Source of the DNA: a virus
Taxonomy: Duplodnaviria > Caudoviricetes
Reading direction: 5' to 3' (one strand)
IMG/VR virus record: IMGVR_UViG_3300031998_000006
Coordinates: 128,001-192,000 of that record
DNA length: 64,000 bases
Shown: one piece after another, positions 1-8,631 of the stretch
How the letters are laid out: the number at the start of each line of letters is the position of its first letter
Numbering within the stretch: position 1 is the first letter of the stretch
Notes under the pieces: model-generated
The model's database searches: none
Seen by the model: only the letters and a program-made list of their open reading frames with translations
What the model was told of the DNA's origin: nothing
Translations under genes and position numbers: made by a program

Positions 1-51
1 ATGCTCAATCGGCTACCTTTTGGAGTGAGTTCCTTCTGTTGTTCGCAATAC

Positions 52-261
52 TCACACATTCGTCAATTTCCTTCCACACATCGGGCAAAACTTTATGGGC
101 GAACTATGGTCCGCATAGCACTCGATTCTATACGTGCCATCAGGAAACTTGCACAGATGAAAGCGGTCCGTCCAACTATCATCGTAGATGATGTCCGTGC
201 ATTCTCCGGTTTCATTCAGCGGTTCGCAATGTTCGCACATTTCTTCTCCTTTAATGACCAC
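52..261 (-). CDS. small Cys-rich protein with C-terminal FCPMCGRKL zinc-ribbon motif
   Basis: ORF track; CEHC and CPMCG pairs. Confidence 0.6.
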   Translation of the reverse strand: MVIKGEEMCEHCEPLNETGECTDIIYDDSWTDRFHLCKFPDGTYRIECYADHSSPIKFCPMCGRKLTNV

Positions 262-430
262 GCGATAAATGCATCACTACAGGTTTCATACTTCGGTTCT
301 TTCCTTCTGCCATCCGCATAGCAGAAGGACTTTGCGGGGCAAGTTTTGCAATTTTCGTTCATTACGGATTCTATGAGTCTGCTGATATTCTTTGCATTCC
401 TTACAAAGTATTGCAAGTTATTCATAGTCA

Positions 431-637
431 TTATTCCTTCGTACCACACTGTTTCGTGAGGATGTCTTTCACGTCATCAAGTTGATGGACAACAATAGAC
501 ACCCTACCATCCACCCTTTCACGGATTTCGGTTTGAAGCCGGTTGAACTGTCGTTGCGTAAAGAAGAAATTCAAAAGGAAATAGACACATATCATAATGG
601 CAAGAAGGGTTATACCCCAGTTATCATCTTTCTTCAT
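431..637 (-). CDS. small membrane protein
   Basis: N-terminal hydrophobic segment WGITLLAIMICVYFLLNFFF. Confidence 0.6.
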   Translation of the reverse strand: MKKDDNWGITLLAIMICVYFLLNFFFTQRQFNRLQTEIRERVDGRVSIVVHQLDDVKDILTKQCGTKE

Positions 638-638
638 A

Positions 639-1013
639 TCATGGCTCCCAAGTTATTACAAAATATTCTTTTCCGGGTTCAGCACCCCATTCTGGGTTTC
701 CCTTGCCGATGCGGATTTGAGGATTCTTGAACACAAGCCTACGCTCCGTGTCCGTCTTCTTCGGGTAGCCCAAGGTAAAGACGAGTGAATCATAGCCCTT
801 TGGATAATCCTTACAAACATCATACGGAACGCCAAGCACGTAGCGTTTAAACGTTAGTGCTTGCACATCTGCTTTAATCGCCTTGTAATCAAGTAGTCTT
901 TTTTCCCAGAACGGCTTTATTTCCCTATACTCTTCAAGTTTGACGCCACTCTTGATGAGGTCAAACCATTTTCGTTTCAAGGTCAAGGTCAATATAGTGC
1001 TTCTTTTTCTCAA
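639..1013 (-). CDS. ASCH/PUA-like domain protein
   Basis: LTLKRKWFDLIKSGVKLEEYREIKPFW matches the phage ASCH GxKxxExR motif. Confidence 0.75.
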   Translation of the reverse strand: MRKRSTILTLTLKRKWFDLIKSGVKLEEYREIKPFWEKRLLDYKAIKADVQALTFKRYVLGVPYDVCKDYPKGYDSLVFTLGYPKKTDTERRLVFKNPQIRIGKGNPEWGAEPGKEYFVITWEP

Positions 1014-1231
1014 GGGGCGACTCCTGCTTTGTCACAATCCTTTAGGTACTGCTCAAACGATGCATCGTTCTGGCGCTTGTACTTGTGAAGTGTCCGCAAG
1101 TTGTAGATGCACCCTTCCTCGTCCTTTCGGGATTTTTCGTCTTCGGGAAAATCGCCAAACACGGCACAATACTCGTCTGCATCTTCCATCCCTACTTCAT
1201 AGTGATGGTACGGACATCCACTACATTTCAT
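1010..1231 (-). CDS. hypothetical Cys-rich protein
   Basis: Overlaps the next gene (coupled); CSGC motif. Confidence 0.55.
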   Translation of the reverse strand: MKCSGCPYHHYEVGMEDADEYCAVFGDFPEDEKSRKDEEGCIYNLRTLHKYKRQNDASFEQYLKDCDKAGVAP

Positions 1232-1234
1232 TGG

Positions 1235-1438
1235 CTACACCTTGCGGAGAAATTCCGTGGAGAAATATCCACGATAACCTTCAAGGAATACAACTTCCAC
1301 ACCACTACAGGCGATGAACGAGTCGCCTTGGCAGGTCCACACCTTGTCCTTGTTCTGTTCAAAGGTGGATTCAAAACAAGTGTGCATCACTACCTTATCA
1401 CCATCCTTAAAGTTCTTGAGTTTCGGTTTCTTTGCCAT
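1235..1438 (-). CDS. hypothetical protein
   Basis: Likely start MAKKPKLK within the 80-aa ORF. Confidence 0.55.
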   Translation of the reverse strand: MAKKPKLKNFKDGDKVVMHTCFESTFEQNKDKVWTCQGDSFIACSGVEVVFLEGYRGYFSTEFLRKV

Positions 1439-1736
1439 TTTCGGTTTCTCCTTTTGGTTGCTTGGCACCCGTGCCAAATTTGTTGTTGAATACGTTCTTA
1501 AATGCTTCCATCTTGGGGCTATTGACCCATTCCGGGGGAGGGCGCTTGATGCTGTCTTCGGGAGTCAGCTCCCTTCCGCACATAGGGCAGAAATTGATTT
1601 CCGTTTCTAGGGTTTCGTTCTCGAAGTACACACGGAGCTTATGGTACTGGACATTAGCACCGTGATGGAGCATTTTCTTGCCTACAAGTGTAAGCGGATT
1701 GTACTTGCAGTAATTGCAAGGCTCTGTTCTTCGCAT
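1407..1736 (-). CDS. zinc-ribbon protein (FCPMCGREL)
   Basis: Likely start MRRTEPCNYC; CxxC pairs. Confidence 0.6.
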   Translation of the reverse strand: MRRTEPCNYCKYNPLTLVGKKMLHHGANVQYHKLRVYFENETLETEINFCPMCGRELTPEDSIKRPPPEWVNSPKMEAFKNVFNNKFGTGAKQPKGETENGKETETQEL

Positions 1737-1738
1737 AG

Positions 1739-1999
1739 CTACTCCTGTGGGAGTTCCCTTCCGCACATAGGGCAGAAGCGGATGAACTGATAGTCCGATG
1801 TCTGGGGGCATTCAATAGCCCAATGCTCCGAATTGTTTTCGCCACAGCCTTTGGGGTACTGACGAATCACCATAGAGCCACGCCCTAGGTGCTTTCCATC
1901 CTTGGCACAGACGTTTACCATTTTTAGCAAGGGTAAAGTCCGAGTGTAGGTCTGACAAAAATCGCAAGATTCTGTATGATGATAATGAAATCCCGGCAT
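1739..1999 (-). CDS. zinc-ribbon protein (FCPMCGREL)
   Basis: CDFC and CPMCG pairs. Confidence 0.6.
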   Translation of the reverse strand: MPGFHYHHTESCDFCQTYTRTLPLLKMVNVCAKDGKHLGRGSMVIRQYPKGCGENNSEHWAIECPQTSDYQFIRFCPMCGRELPQE

Positions 2000-2053
2000 A
2001 GCCGTTTCCTCGGAAAGTTGTGGTTGTCTTCAAGAGAAAAACAATAGTTGCTA

Positions 2054-2198
2054 TGCACTCGGAAGGATTCGAACCTCCGTGGCGATGTTTGGCTCGTCTG
2101 CCCCGTTTCAGCACCATCCCAGTCCTCTCTGGTAAGGTTCAAGGTTGCCCTTGTGTAGCCTAGTGGGGCTGCTTATACCCAGACTTGCATACGGATGC
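2054..2198 (-). ncRNA. tRNA-like RNA with a 60-nt expanded anticodon loop
   Basis: Acceptor GCATCCG/CGAGTGC-A, D-arm, anticodon stem GCCCC/GGGGC, long variable arm, T-arm GGAGG-TTCGAAT-CCTTC; promoter just upstream. Confidence 0.7.
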
Positions 2199-2218
2199 AA
2201 GCAACTATCGTTATGGCA

Positions 2219-2247
2219 AATATAACACTTTATCTATGCAGTGTCAA
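2219..2247 (-). promoter_or_regulatory. sigma70-type phage promoter (class I)
   Basis: TTGACA-17 nt-TATATT. Confidence 0.8.
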
Positions 2248-2277
2248 TAGGTAAAGCTAAAATTTTTAATTTTCCGG

Positions 2278-2616
2278 TCATAGGTATTCTTCCGCTTCGC
2301 ACCCGATTTGGGCTACCTTGCCGAAATCGCATTCTTTCATAACGAGTTCCAACCTCTTCTGCAAAAGTTCAATGTCGGGTTTCTCGAACACGAGGAATGT
2401 TTCATTTTCCTCCACATCTACCTTGCCATCCCAATCCCAAGTTTCTGCCACATCTTCGTGTAGGCTGAAACCCGGAAGCAATCCGATAGCCCCGAAATCC
2501 TGACCCGTCTTGATTTCGGCTTCGCCATCGCAAGACTGAATCATCCCGTGATAGCACTTGCGGAACAGAATATATGGGGGCATCTCAAGGAGTTCTTTCT
2601 TGTTGACTACTCGCAT
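2278..2616 (-). CDS. hypothetical protein
   Basis: 112-aa ORF in the minus-strand operon. Confidence 0.65.
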   Translation of the reverse strand: MRVVNKKELLEMPPYILFRKCYHGMIQSCDGEAEIKTGQDFGAIGLLPGFSLHEDVAETWDWDGKVDVEENETFLVFEKPDIELLQKRLELVMKECDFGKVAQIGCEAEEYL

Positions 2617-2628
2617 TATTAATCCCTT

Positions 2629-3204
2629 TTATTTAAGCAGACCGCTGACGGCACGGACAAATTCTTTTTCGGAACAAGCCAAGTCGCCATCGTTGGCAAC
2701 ACAAGCATCCCAAGGGGCTGACTCTTCAAAACGGGTAAACTGCTCATCCTCATCGGCACTTCGCTTCTTCCAGACGAAATCGTTGCCATTTCGAGCGTTA
2801 GCTCTTTGCTCACGGATGCTTCCGTTGGTCCGGACATAGACCACCCTCATATTGAACTTGTCCTTGAACTTGGAGCAATAGTAGTAGCCGTTGGGGTCGA
2901 TGATGTAAAAGATGGTATCTCCGTCTAGGCGTTCAAGCATTTCAACCGTGGAGCAATAGCGATACCCCGTTTCGCCTATCTTCGTGTAGGCGAAAATGGT
3001 TTCACGATTCAGCAATGCATCAAACTGTTCCTTTGTCAAGAAGGTATGTTCCACCCCATCGGTTTCAATGTCACGGATGGGTCTATCCGTGTAAGATGGG
3101 ACCGATACAATCTTGTGGGAATCCTTCAATGCTTCGGTTGCATATCGTACAAGGGTGTCCTTGCCAGCCCCCGAACGTCCGATGACGAGAATCAAGTTTT
3201 TCAT
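2629..3204 (-). CDS. gmk: guanylate kinase-like protein
   Basis: P-loop GRSGAGKDT, SYTDRPIRDIETDGVEHTF. Confidence 0.85.
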   Translation of the reverse strand: MKNLILVIGRSGAGKDTLVRYATEALKDSHKIVSVPSYTDRPIRDIETDGVEHTFLTKEQFDALLNRETIFAYTKIGETGYRYCSTVEMLERLDGDTIFYIIDPNGYYYCSKFKDKFNMRVVYVRTNGSIREQRANARNGNDFVWKKRSADEDEQFTRFEESAPWDACVANDGDLACSEKEFVRAVSGLLK

Positions 3205-3632
3205 TAGTTTGTCCTGCTAGTCTGCCACGAAACGTGGATGAGGTTTTCCTTGTGGTGGGTGTCCGGAACGATACAGAATCCACGAGCGCGGAGGGATTCC
3301 TTGATGGCATTCCACCTCTTCTTCATGGTTTCCGGGTTGAACTTGAAAAATTTCTCCATATCGTCCGTATCTATGATAACTTCGTTTTTGCGGTTTGCCG
3401 CTTCCTTGTCGATGACCAGAAGCACCTCGTAGAGCATCTTATCCGATTCCTTACGCATCTTGCGATGTTCTTGCTTCTGTGCATTCTTGGAACGGATTTG
3501 GGCATCGGCACAAGAATAGTTCTTTATCCGTAGCTTTTCACGATGGTTCGTCACTATAAGTATGGCGATGCCTACCGCCAACAGAAGCACTACGGATAGC
3601 ACCGTAATTAGGAATAGGACTGGGGTTGTCAT
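3204..3632 (-). CDS. membrane-anchored hypothetical protein
   Basis: N-terminal transmembrane segment VLFLITVLSVVLLLAVGIAILIV. Confidence 0.65.
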   Translation of the reverse strand: MTTPVLFLITVLSVVLLLAVGIAILIVTNHREKLRIKNYSCADAQIRSKNAQKQEHRKMRKESDKMLYEVLLVIDKEAANRKNEVIIDTDDMEKFFKFNPETMKKRWNAIKESLRARGFCIVPDTHHKENLIHVSWQTSRTN

Positions 3633-3824
3633 TTGCTTACCTCGGTAGTTGCCCACTTACGGAATTGCTTGCCACAGGTCGTAAAGTAGTCTATCTGGCA
3701 GACATCCCTAGCGGGGCATTCCTCGCAGACGAAGTTGGCGTGTTCAACGATTTCGCCAGTGTCATCGTCCTCAACGGTATGGCGGAAATCTTCCACCGTC
3801 AAGGCACTCTTCCAATGGTCGAAG

Positions 3825-4670
3825 TTATTCATCGCTCGGTTTCTCGTAGTTGTCCATGATGACTGGATGCACCACCACAGAGCCATTGGCATGGGAACTC
3901 AAGGAAATCACTTGATAGCCCGGAATGGCGGTAGGGCTACAGTCCTTGCTATACGGGTCAATCTGGCATTGGATTCCGGGGCAGAGGTGCATTTCCAAAG
4001 AACCGCAATCCACGTGTGCAAGGTGGTGGTAGTGACCGCAGAAGTAATGACGGATATACGGACGGAGTAGTTCGCCAACATCCGTGGGCATCACATTCTC
4101 CTTCATAAAGCGGTGGTACAGACGCTCCGTTGCGAATGGGGTATGGGTAAACAGAAGGGTATCATTATCGTTCCATGAAGAACCCCTTTGCATAACCTTT
4201 GACGCAAGCCTTGCAATACCCTTGTACGGAACTACTCCACCGGAATCAAGGAGGACAATGTTAATGTGGGATGCCTTGGACGGAGTAACCACTTGCATAA
4301 AGCATCCGGGTTCGTTGAAACCTCCGTTATCCATAAATTCGGGGTTATTGGACCATCCAAGAATTTCGGTAGCAGACTTGGTAAGGGCTTCTCGGTTATC
4401 GTGGTTGCCGGGTACAACATAGACCCCGTGCTTGCCATCCTTGCAGAGCTGACAAGCACGCTTGAGGATGATGTCCATACCTTCTTTTTGTTCTTTAAAG
4501 GTAATGTTGGGGTTGACATCCACGAGGTCGCCAGACACGATTACCATATCGTACCCGGACGGAGTTCGCTTGATGGCGTGTTCAACAACCTTGTTAAACT
4601 GGTCTTTCGTGTTGAACTTGCCCTTATAATCCGTTCCGTAGTGAATGTCAGAGAGTTGCAAGATTTCCAT
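3825..4670 (-). CDS. calcineurin-like metallophosphoesterase (CpdA-like)
   Basis: SDIH, GDLVD, PGNHD, GHYH motifs. Confidence 0.85.
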   Translation of the reverse strand: MEILQLSDIHYGTDYKGKFNTKDQFNKVVEHAIKRTPSGYDMVIVSGDLVDVNPNITFKEQKEGMDIILKRACQLCKDGKHGVYVVPGNHDNREALTKSATEILGWSNNPEFMDNGGFNEPGCFMQVVTPSKASHINIVLLDSGGVVPYKGIARLASKVMQRGSSWNDNDTLLFTHTPFATERLYHRFMKENVMPTDVGELLRPYIRHYFCGHYHHLAHVDCGSLEMHLCPGIQCQIDPYSKDCSPTAIPGYQVISLSSHANGSVVVHPVIMDNYEKPSDE

Positions 4671-4673
4671 AAT

Positions 4674-4892
4674 TTATTCCTCGGTATTTAAGGGTGTGTC
4701 CACCCATTCTGTTCCACAGAGCATCGCAATGGCATAGTAGATACCGGCTTCAAATCCGCATCCGTAGGAATGCTGGTCTATCGTAGGGTCTTTGGCTTTA
4801 GCCTGCCGAAAATCGCTCCAGCCCTCACGGATTGTCTTATACTTCTTGACGGTCTTCAAAAGTTCTTCAACATCTTCTTTTGCTACTTCCAT
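4674..4892 (-). CDS. hypothetical protein
   Basis: Start MEVAKE downstream of the IS right end. Confidence 0.6.
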   Translation of the reverse strand: MEVAKEDVEELLKTVKKYKTIREGWSDFRQAKAKDPTIDQHSYGCGFEAGIYYAIAMLCGTEWVDTPLNTEE

Positions 4893-4931
4893 AAGGTTTG
4901 CTCCGATATGCGAAATACCTATCGTATGTGC

Positions 4932-6292
4932 TTGAACTACCCACACGCTAAAGCGGTATGGGATTCCCCTAACTTACACGGACTGTTGTTCGTGATGGCT
5001 TCGGGCATTCTCGGTGTAATCCGAGCATTTTTAAGGACATCGGTAGGTTCCCTTCCTATTGTCCGTTTAACTCCTAGATACAGAATGTTCTGTGCGGCGT
5101 TCACATCCCTATCGTGCTTGGCATTGCATACGGGGCATACCCATTGCTTCACGCCTAACACAACTGTAGGATTTATGACACCACAAGTGTTGCATCGTTT
5201 TGATGTATATTCCGCAGACACTTTGACAAGGTTCGTCTTATAGGCAAGGAATTGTCTTAACAACCCGAATCCTTGGTCGCCAACGGTCTTCCCGTGTTCA
5301 AGTTCCGAGGACATCTTCTGTAGGTTGATGTCCTCCACGAACACATACTGGTACTTGTTGGCTAACTTACGGCTAACCTTGTGTAGCCAATCCTTCCGTT
5401 GGTTGGCTACCTTTTCGTGTAACCTTGCAACTTTCAATTTGGCTTTCTGGTATCGGTGGGATTGGGTGTCTGCACACTTGACGAACCGGCTGGACTGAAT
5501 CTGCTGATACTTCTCCAACTGCATTTCCTTTCGCTTCAAGAATCTGGGACACTTGATTTTCGTGCCATTGCTCAAAGTGAGGAATGAATCGGAGTTGCAG
5601 TTCCAGTCTATGCCTATAGCTTTTCCATTCTGTATCTTGTTTTGTTCTTCTTTAAGTTCTACACAAATCTTGACATACCACTTTCCACTTGCGGACCGCT
5701 TGAAGGTAATATTCTTCCACTTACCCTTGCAGAACTGTGAGGATGCTTGGATGGGAATGTAACCTATCTTTTTAGAGACATACAACCCCCTAGATGTAAT
5801 CTTGCGAGAATCCGTCAAACAAGTGAACCTAAAGGAAGCCTTGTTGTTCTTCTTGCTCTTGAAGGTAGGGGGCTGTATTGATTTCCCTGCACGTTCGCCT
5901 TTGAGGGACTTGAAGAAATTAGTGTATGCCCCACGTACATCCCGCCACATCTGGGCAAGCGGTACAGAATCCACTTCCTTAATCCATTCAAGTGCTTCGG
6001 GGCGGTATTTTGTAAAGGTGGGCTTGTAGCCCTCTATGGGCATACTGTGGTCTTTATTCTTATTTTCAACTACAAGGTTGTAATACAGACGACAAAGACC
6101 CAGTGTCTTGTTGAAGATAGACACCTGCTCTACCGTGGGATAAATTCTGTATTCGTATGCCTTGTTCATAGTTGATTGTCTATACTAATGTATATGATAT
6201 ATACAATAACTTTAGAGGTTTGTCAAGAGGGTTTCTTTAGAACTTGGAATTACCCCACCCTCTAAAAAAAATGGGTGAGTTTGGTTTTTGCT
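4932..6292 (-). mobile_element. non-autonomous IS200/IS605-family (IS1341-like) element 1
   Basis: tnpB only; right-end hairpin CCCATACCGCTTTAGCGTGTGGG then TAGTTCAA; left-end hairpin CTCACCC..GGGTGGGG; preceded by TTGAT; the two flanks rejoin into a hairpin. Confidence 0.8.
4937..6169 (-). CDS. tnpB: TnpB RNA-guided nuclease
   Basis: KAYEYRIYPT, RuvC motifs GIDWN, FVEDI and HDRDVNAA, zinc finger CNTC/CPVC. Confidence 0.93.
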   Translation of the reverse strand: MNKAYEYRIYPTVEQVSIFNKTLGLCRLYYNLVVENKNKDHSMPIEGYKPTFTKYRPEALEWIKEVDSVPLAQMWRDVRGAYTNFFKSLKGERAGKSIQPPTFKSKKNNKASFRFTCLTDSRKITSRGLYVSKKIGYIPIQASSQFCKGKWKNITFKRSASGKWYVKICVELKEEQNKIQNGKAIGIDWNCNSDSFLTLSNGTKIKCPRFLKRKEMQLEKYQQIQSSRFVKCADTQSHRYQKAKLKVARLHEKVANQRKDWLHKVSRKLANKYQYVFVEDINLQKMSSELEHGKTVGDQGFGLLRQFLAYKTNLVKVSAEYTSKRCNTCGVINPTVVLGVKQWVCPVCNAKHDRDVNAAQNILYLGVKRTIGREPTDVLKNARITPRMPEAITNNSPCKLGESHTALACG

Positions 6293-6332
6293 ATCAATAG
6301 GTATTCGTTAGCATTTATTGTCCTGCGAACGG

Positions 6333-6842
6333 CTACTTCTTGGGCTTGACTGTGGCTTCCGTGACAATACCCTCCGTACCATTCCAAGTGTACTTGTCGC
6401 CATAATCGGTGGTAATGGAGTTTGCCTTGGAAGAGCGGAAGGGCTTACCCTTCTTGTTGACAATACCACTACTCAAGTAGTCGCAAAGCATAGCAAACAT
6501 CTGCTTGCCGATTTCAAGGTCTGCAATGGATTCGACAACCTTGGGAGAAACACCAAAGTCTTCCGGTCCGAAGTTGACATTCCAGAGCATCTTTTCGGAT
6601 TCTTTACCCATCTTGATAGTAAGCGGAATGCTCAAGGCGATGCGGTTCTTTTCACGGACCGTGACGGTGGCATTCGTGTACAGAGCCATCGCATTGACGA
6701 TGCGTGTGCCGAAATCGGTATTAACCTTCACGACCTTGCCGTATTTGGGGTTCTTGATAATAGTGTTGCCCTTTTCGGTTTCTTTCTTGGCAACCGGTTT
6801 CTTCGCTACCTTCGTAGCCGTGGTTTCAGTCTTCTTGGACAT
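6333..6842 (-). CDS. hypothetical basic protein
   Basis: 169-aa ORF with SD and class II promoter. Confidence 0.7.
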   Translation of the reverse strand: MSKKTETTATKVAKKPVAKKETEKGNTIIKNPKYGKVVKVNTDFGTRIVNAMALYTNATVTVREKNRIALSIPLTIKMGKESEKMLWNVNFGPEDFGVSPKVVESIADLEIGKQMFAMLCDYLSSGIVNKKGKPFRSSKANSITTDYGDKYTWNGTEGIVTEATVKPKK

Positions 6843-6884
6843 AGATGTTCCTCTGGTTGAATTGTTCTAAAGGATATATAGCCA

Positions 6885-7127
6885 CTAGGTAGTCTGCTTG
6901 AGTAGGCTATCCGGCAAAAGTGACCAATGGGTAATACCTTCCACCTTTGTTCCGTCCGAACGGACCCAAGTCTTCGTTCGTCTGTTATATGAACCTTCCT
7001 CTACGAATCCGTCCGATGTACGCATCAGCACCTTGGACACTTCCTTGCTAGGCGTACCCCAAGACACGGAAACCCACTTGATTGTGCGATGTTCATTGGA
7101 AAAATTATTGTTGTTGCTACTGTACAT
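6885..7127 (-). CDS. DUF551-like small phage protein
   Basis: KWVSV...ITHWSLLP pattern. Confidence 0.55.
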   Translation of the reverse strand: MYSSNNNNFSNEHRTIKWVSVSWGTPSKEVSKVLMRTSDGFVEEGSYNRRTKTWVRSDGTKVEGITHWSLLPDSLLKQTT

Positions 7128-7153
7128 ATCCTTCTCTTGTTGTGAAAATTTAT

Positions 7154-7254
7154 GCCCAATGGGGGCGACTCGGCAAGTCGCTAGGTGTTGAGGACATCTG
7201 GGATTTTTGTTAGTTATTCCTGTGATACCCCTTCGGTATCTGCCCCCGTAGGGC
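7154..7254. ncRNA. structured intergenic element
   Basis: Closing GCCC..GGGGG / CCCCC..GGGC stem enclosing hairpins GCGACT/AGTCGC and GATACC/GGTATC. Confidence 0.4.
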
Positions 7255-7260
7255 TATAGA

Positions 7261-7701
7261 CTATTTGAGGTTCAATCGTTCCTTGAGCTTGGCGTTCTCG
7301 TCTATCAGCCGCTCGATTACCGCAGTGTTATCCGTATGCGGAATCCGCTGAATATCCCAAAGAGCCTTTTCAAGTTCGTGTACCTTGTTGGTCAACCTGC
7401 CGATGCACTCGTCCTTCTTGACAAGCGATTCCTGCAACTTGGAATTGCATTCCTTCAAGGTAGCGTTTTCTTCCTTGAGATGCTTGTTCTCCGAAACGAT
7501 GTCGTTGGCAACCGCCTTATAGTCCGGGTTAGAGTCAATCTTCGCCATAATTTTATCTATCTCCAAAAAGAAAGCATCCCGATGATTGCGGTAGAGGTCT
7601 GCAATACGGATGCATTCCTTCTGTGCAACATCGAGCTTGTTCTTAATCTGTTCAAATTCATCATAGGGGACCATCTGGAAAAGCGGTCTTGCATCTGTCA
7701 C
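7261..7701 (-). CDS. coiled-coil hypothetical protein
   Basis: 146-aa heptad-rich ORF. Confidence 0.65.
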   Translation of the reverse strand: MTDARPLFQMVPYDEFEQIKNKLDVAQKECIRIADLYRNHRDAFFLEIDKIMAKIDSNPDYKAVANDIVSENKHLKEENATLKECNSKLQESLVKKDECIGRLTNKVHELEKALWDIQRIPHTDNTAVIERLIDENAKLKERLNLK

Positions 7702-7730
7702 GATAAGTTGTCCTTAAAAAATTGTTGTAA

Positions 7731-7814
7731 TGGGCAAGGCGGGACTTGAACCCGCAAGGCGATTAAGCCAACAAATTTTGAGTCTGCCGTGTCTGCCAAT
7801 TCCACCACTTGCCC
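7731..7814 (-). tRNA. tRNA-Leu(CAA)
   Basis: GGGCAAG acceptor, loop CT-CAA-AA, long variable arm, GGTTCAAGTCC T-arm. Confidence 0.9.
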
Positions 7815-8103
7815 GGACACTAGAAATATAGTCTAGTGCTAGTCTATCGCAAGCAAGAGTTCATCTCTTTCAAGGCTTTCAGCCGTGCTTTCGTGAACTT
7901 CATAGTCATAATCCGGTCCCAAGCCACATCACGGAACTGGTCTTCAAAGGAGAGCATATCGCTAGTAGGGTCTTTCTTGCCAGCCATACGAATCTCAATC
8001 TGTGCTTCCGTGGTTGAACGGATTACGGACGGTTCCTTCTGGAACTCCCGTGTGTACGGATTCCAGAACTCTCGCTTGGAATTGAATATATACACGGGCA
8101 TAG

Positions 8104-8616
8104 CTAGGAGTCCTTCTTCTTGTAGATGTAGGTATTCGTGCGGTCGCCCCAAGACATTCCGTAGAAGCCCTCCATTCCGGTTGGAATCAAGGTATAGTTC
8201 AAACGGATGTAGAAGCCCTCGTGAGAATCCTTCATCTCGTAGTGGTGGTAGCCATACTCGCTGTGTTCGGAATCCGTTTCCTTGTAGCCCGAACTTGCAA
8301 GCCGTTCGTAGGCTTCGTAGATGGAGATGCTTCCGCTGTTCAAGGCATCAAAGAGTTCATTCGCAAACTTGTAGAACTTGTCCTTGGCGTCCAGCGAAAT
8401 CTTAACGCTATCGTAATAGATGATTCCATTAGGGCAATGAATTATGTGATGGATTTCGTCACGGAGCGGTTCGTACTTGCGAAGATTCTTGCCATAGGAA
8501 TAGGGGGCATACTTACCCATCACATAGGCGGCTAAATCCTCCCTAGTGAGGTCGCGAATATATTCGTGGGTTTCCTTGTCACGAATGTCGAAGGTTTCAT
8601 AAGATTGGTTGGTCAT
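8104..8616 (-). CDS. hypothetical protein
   Basis: 170-aa ORF with GGACAACCACA leader. Confidence 0.7.
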   Translation of the reverse strand: MTNQSYETFDIRDKETHEYIRDLTREDLAAYVMGKYAPYSYGKNLRKYEPLRDEIHHIIHCPNGIIYYDSVKISLDAKDKFYKFANELFDALNSGSISIYEAYERLASSGYKETDSEHSEYGYHHYEMKDSHEGFYIRLNYTLIPTGMEGFYGMSWGDRTNTYIYKKKDS

Positions 8617-8631
8617 TGTGGTTGTCCTTGA

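Noticed and set aside
2054-2198. tmRNA or hammerhead ribozyme
   Set aside because: It is too short for tmRNA and has no tag ORF; the hammerhead CUGANGA core is absent.
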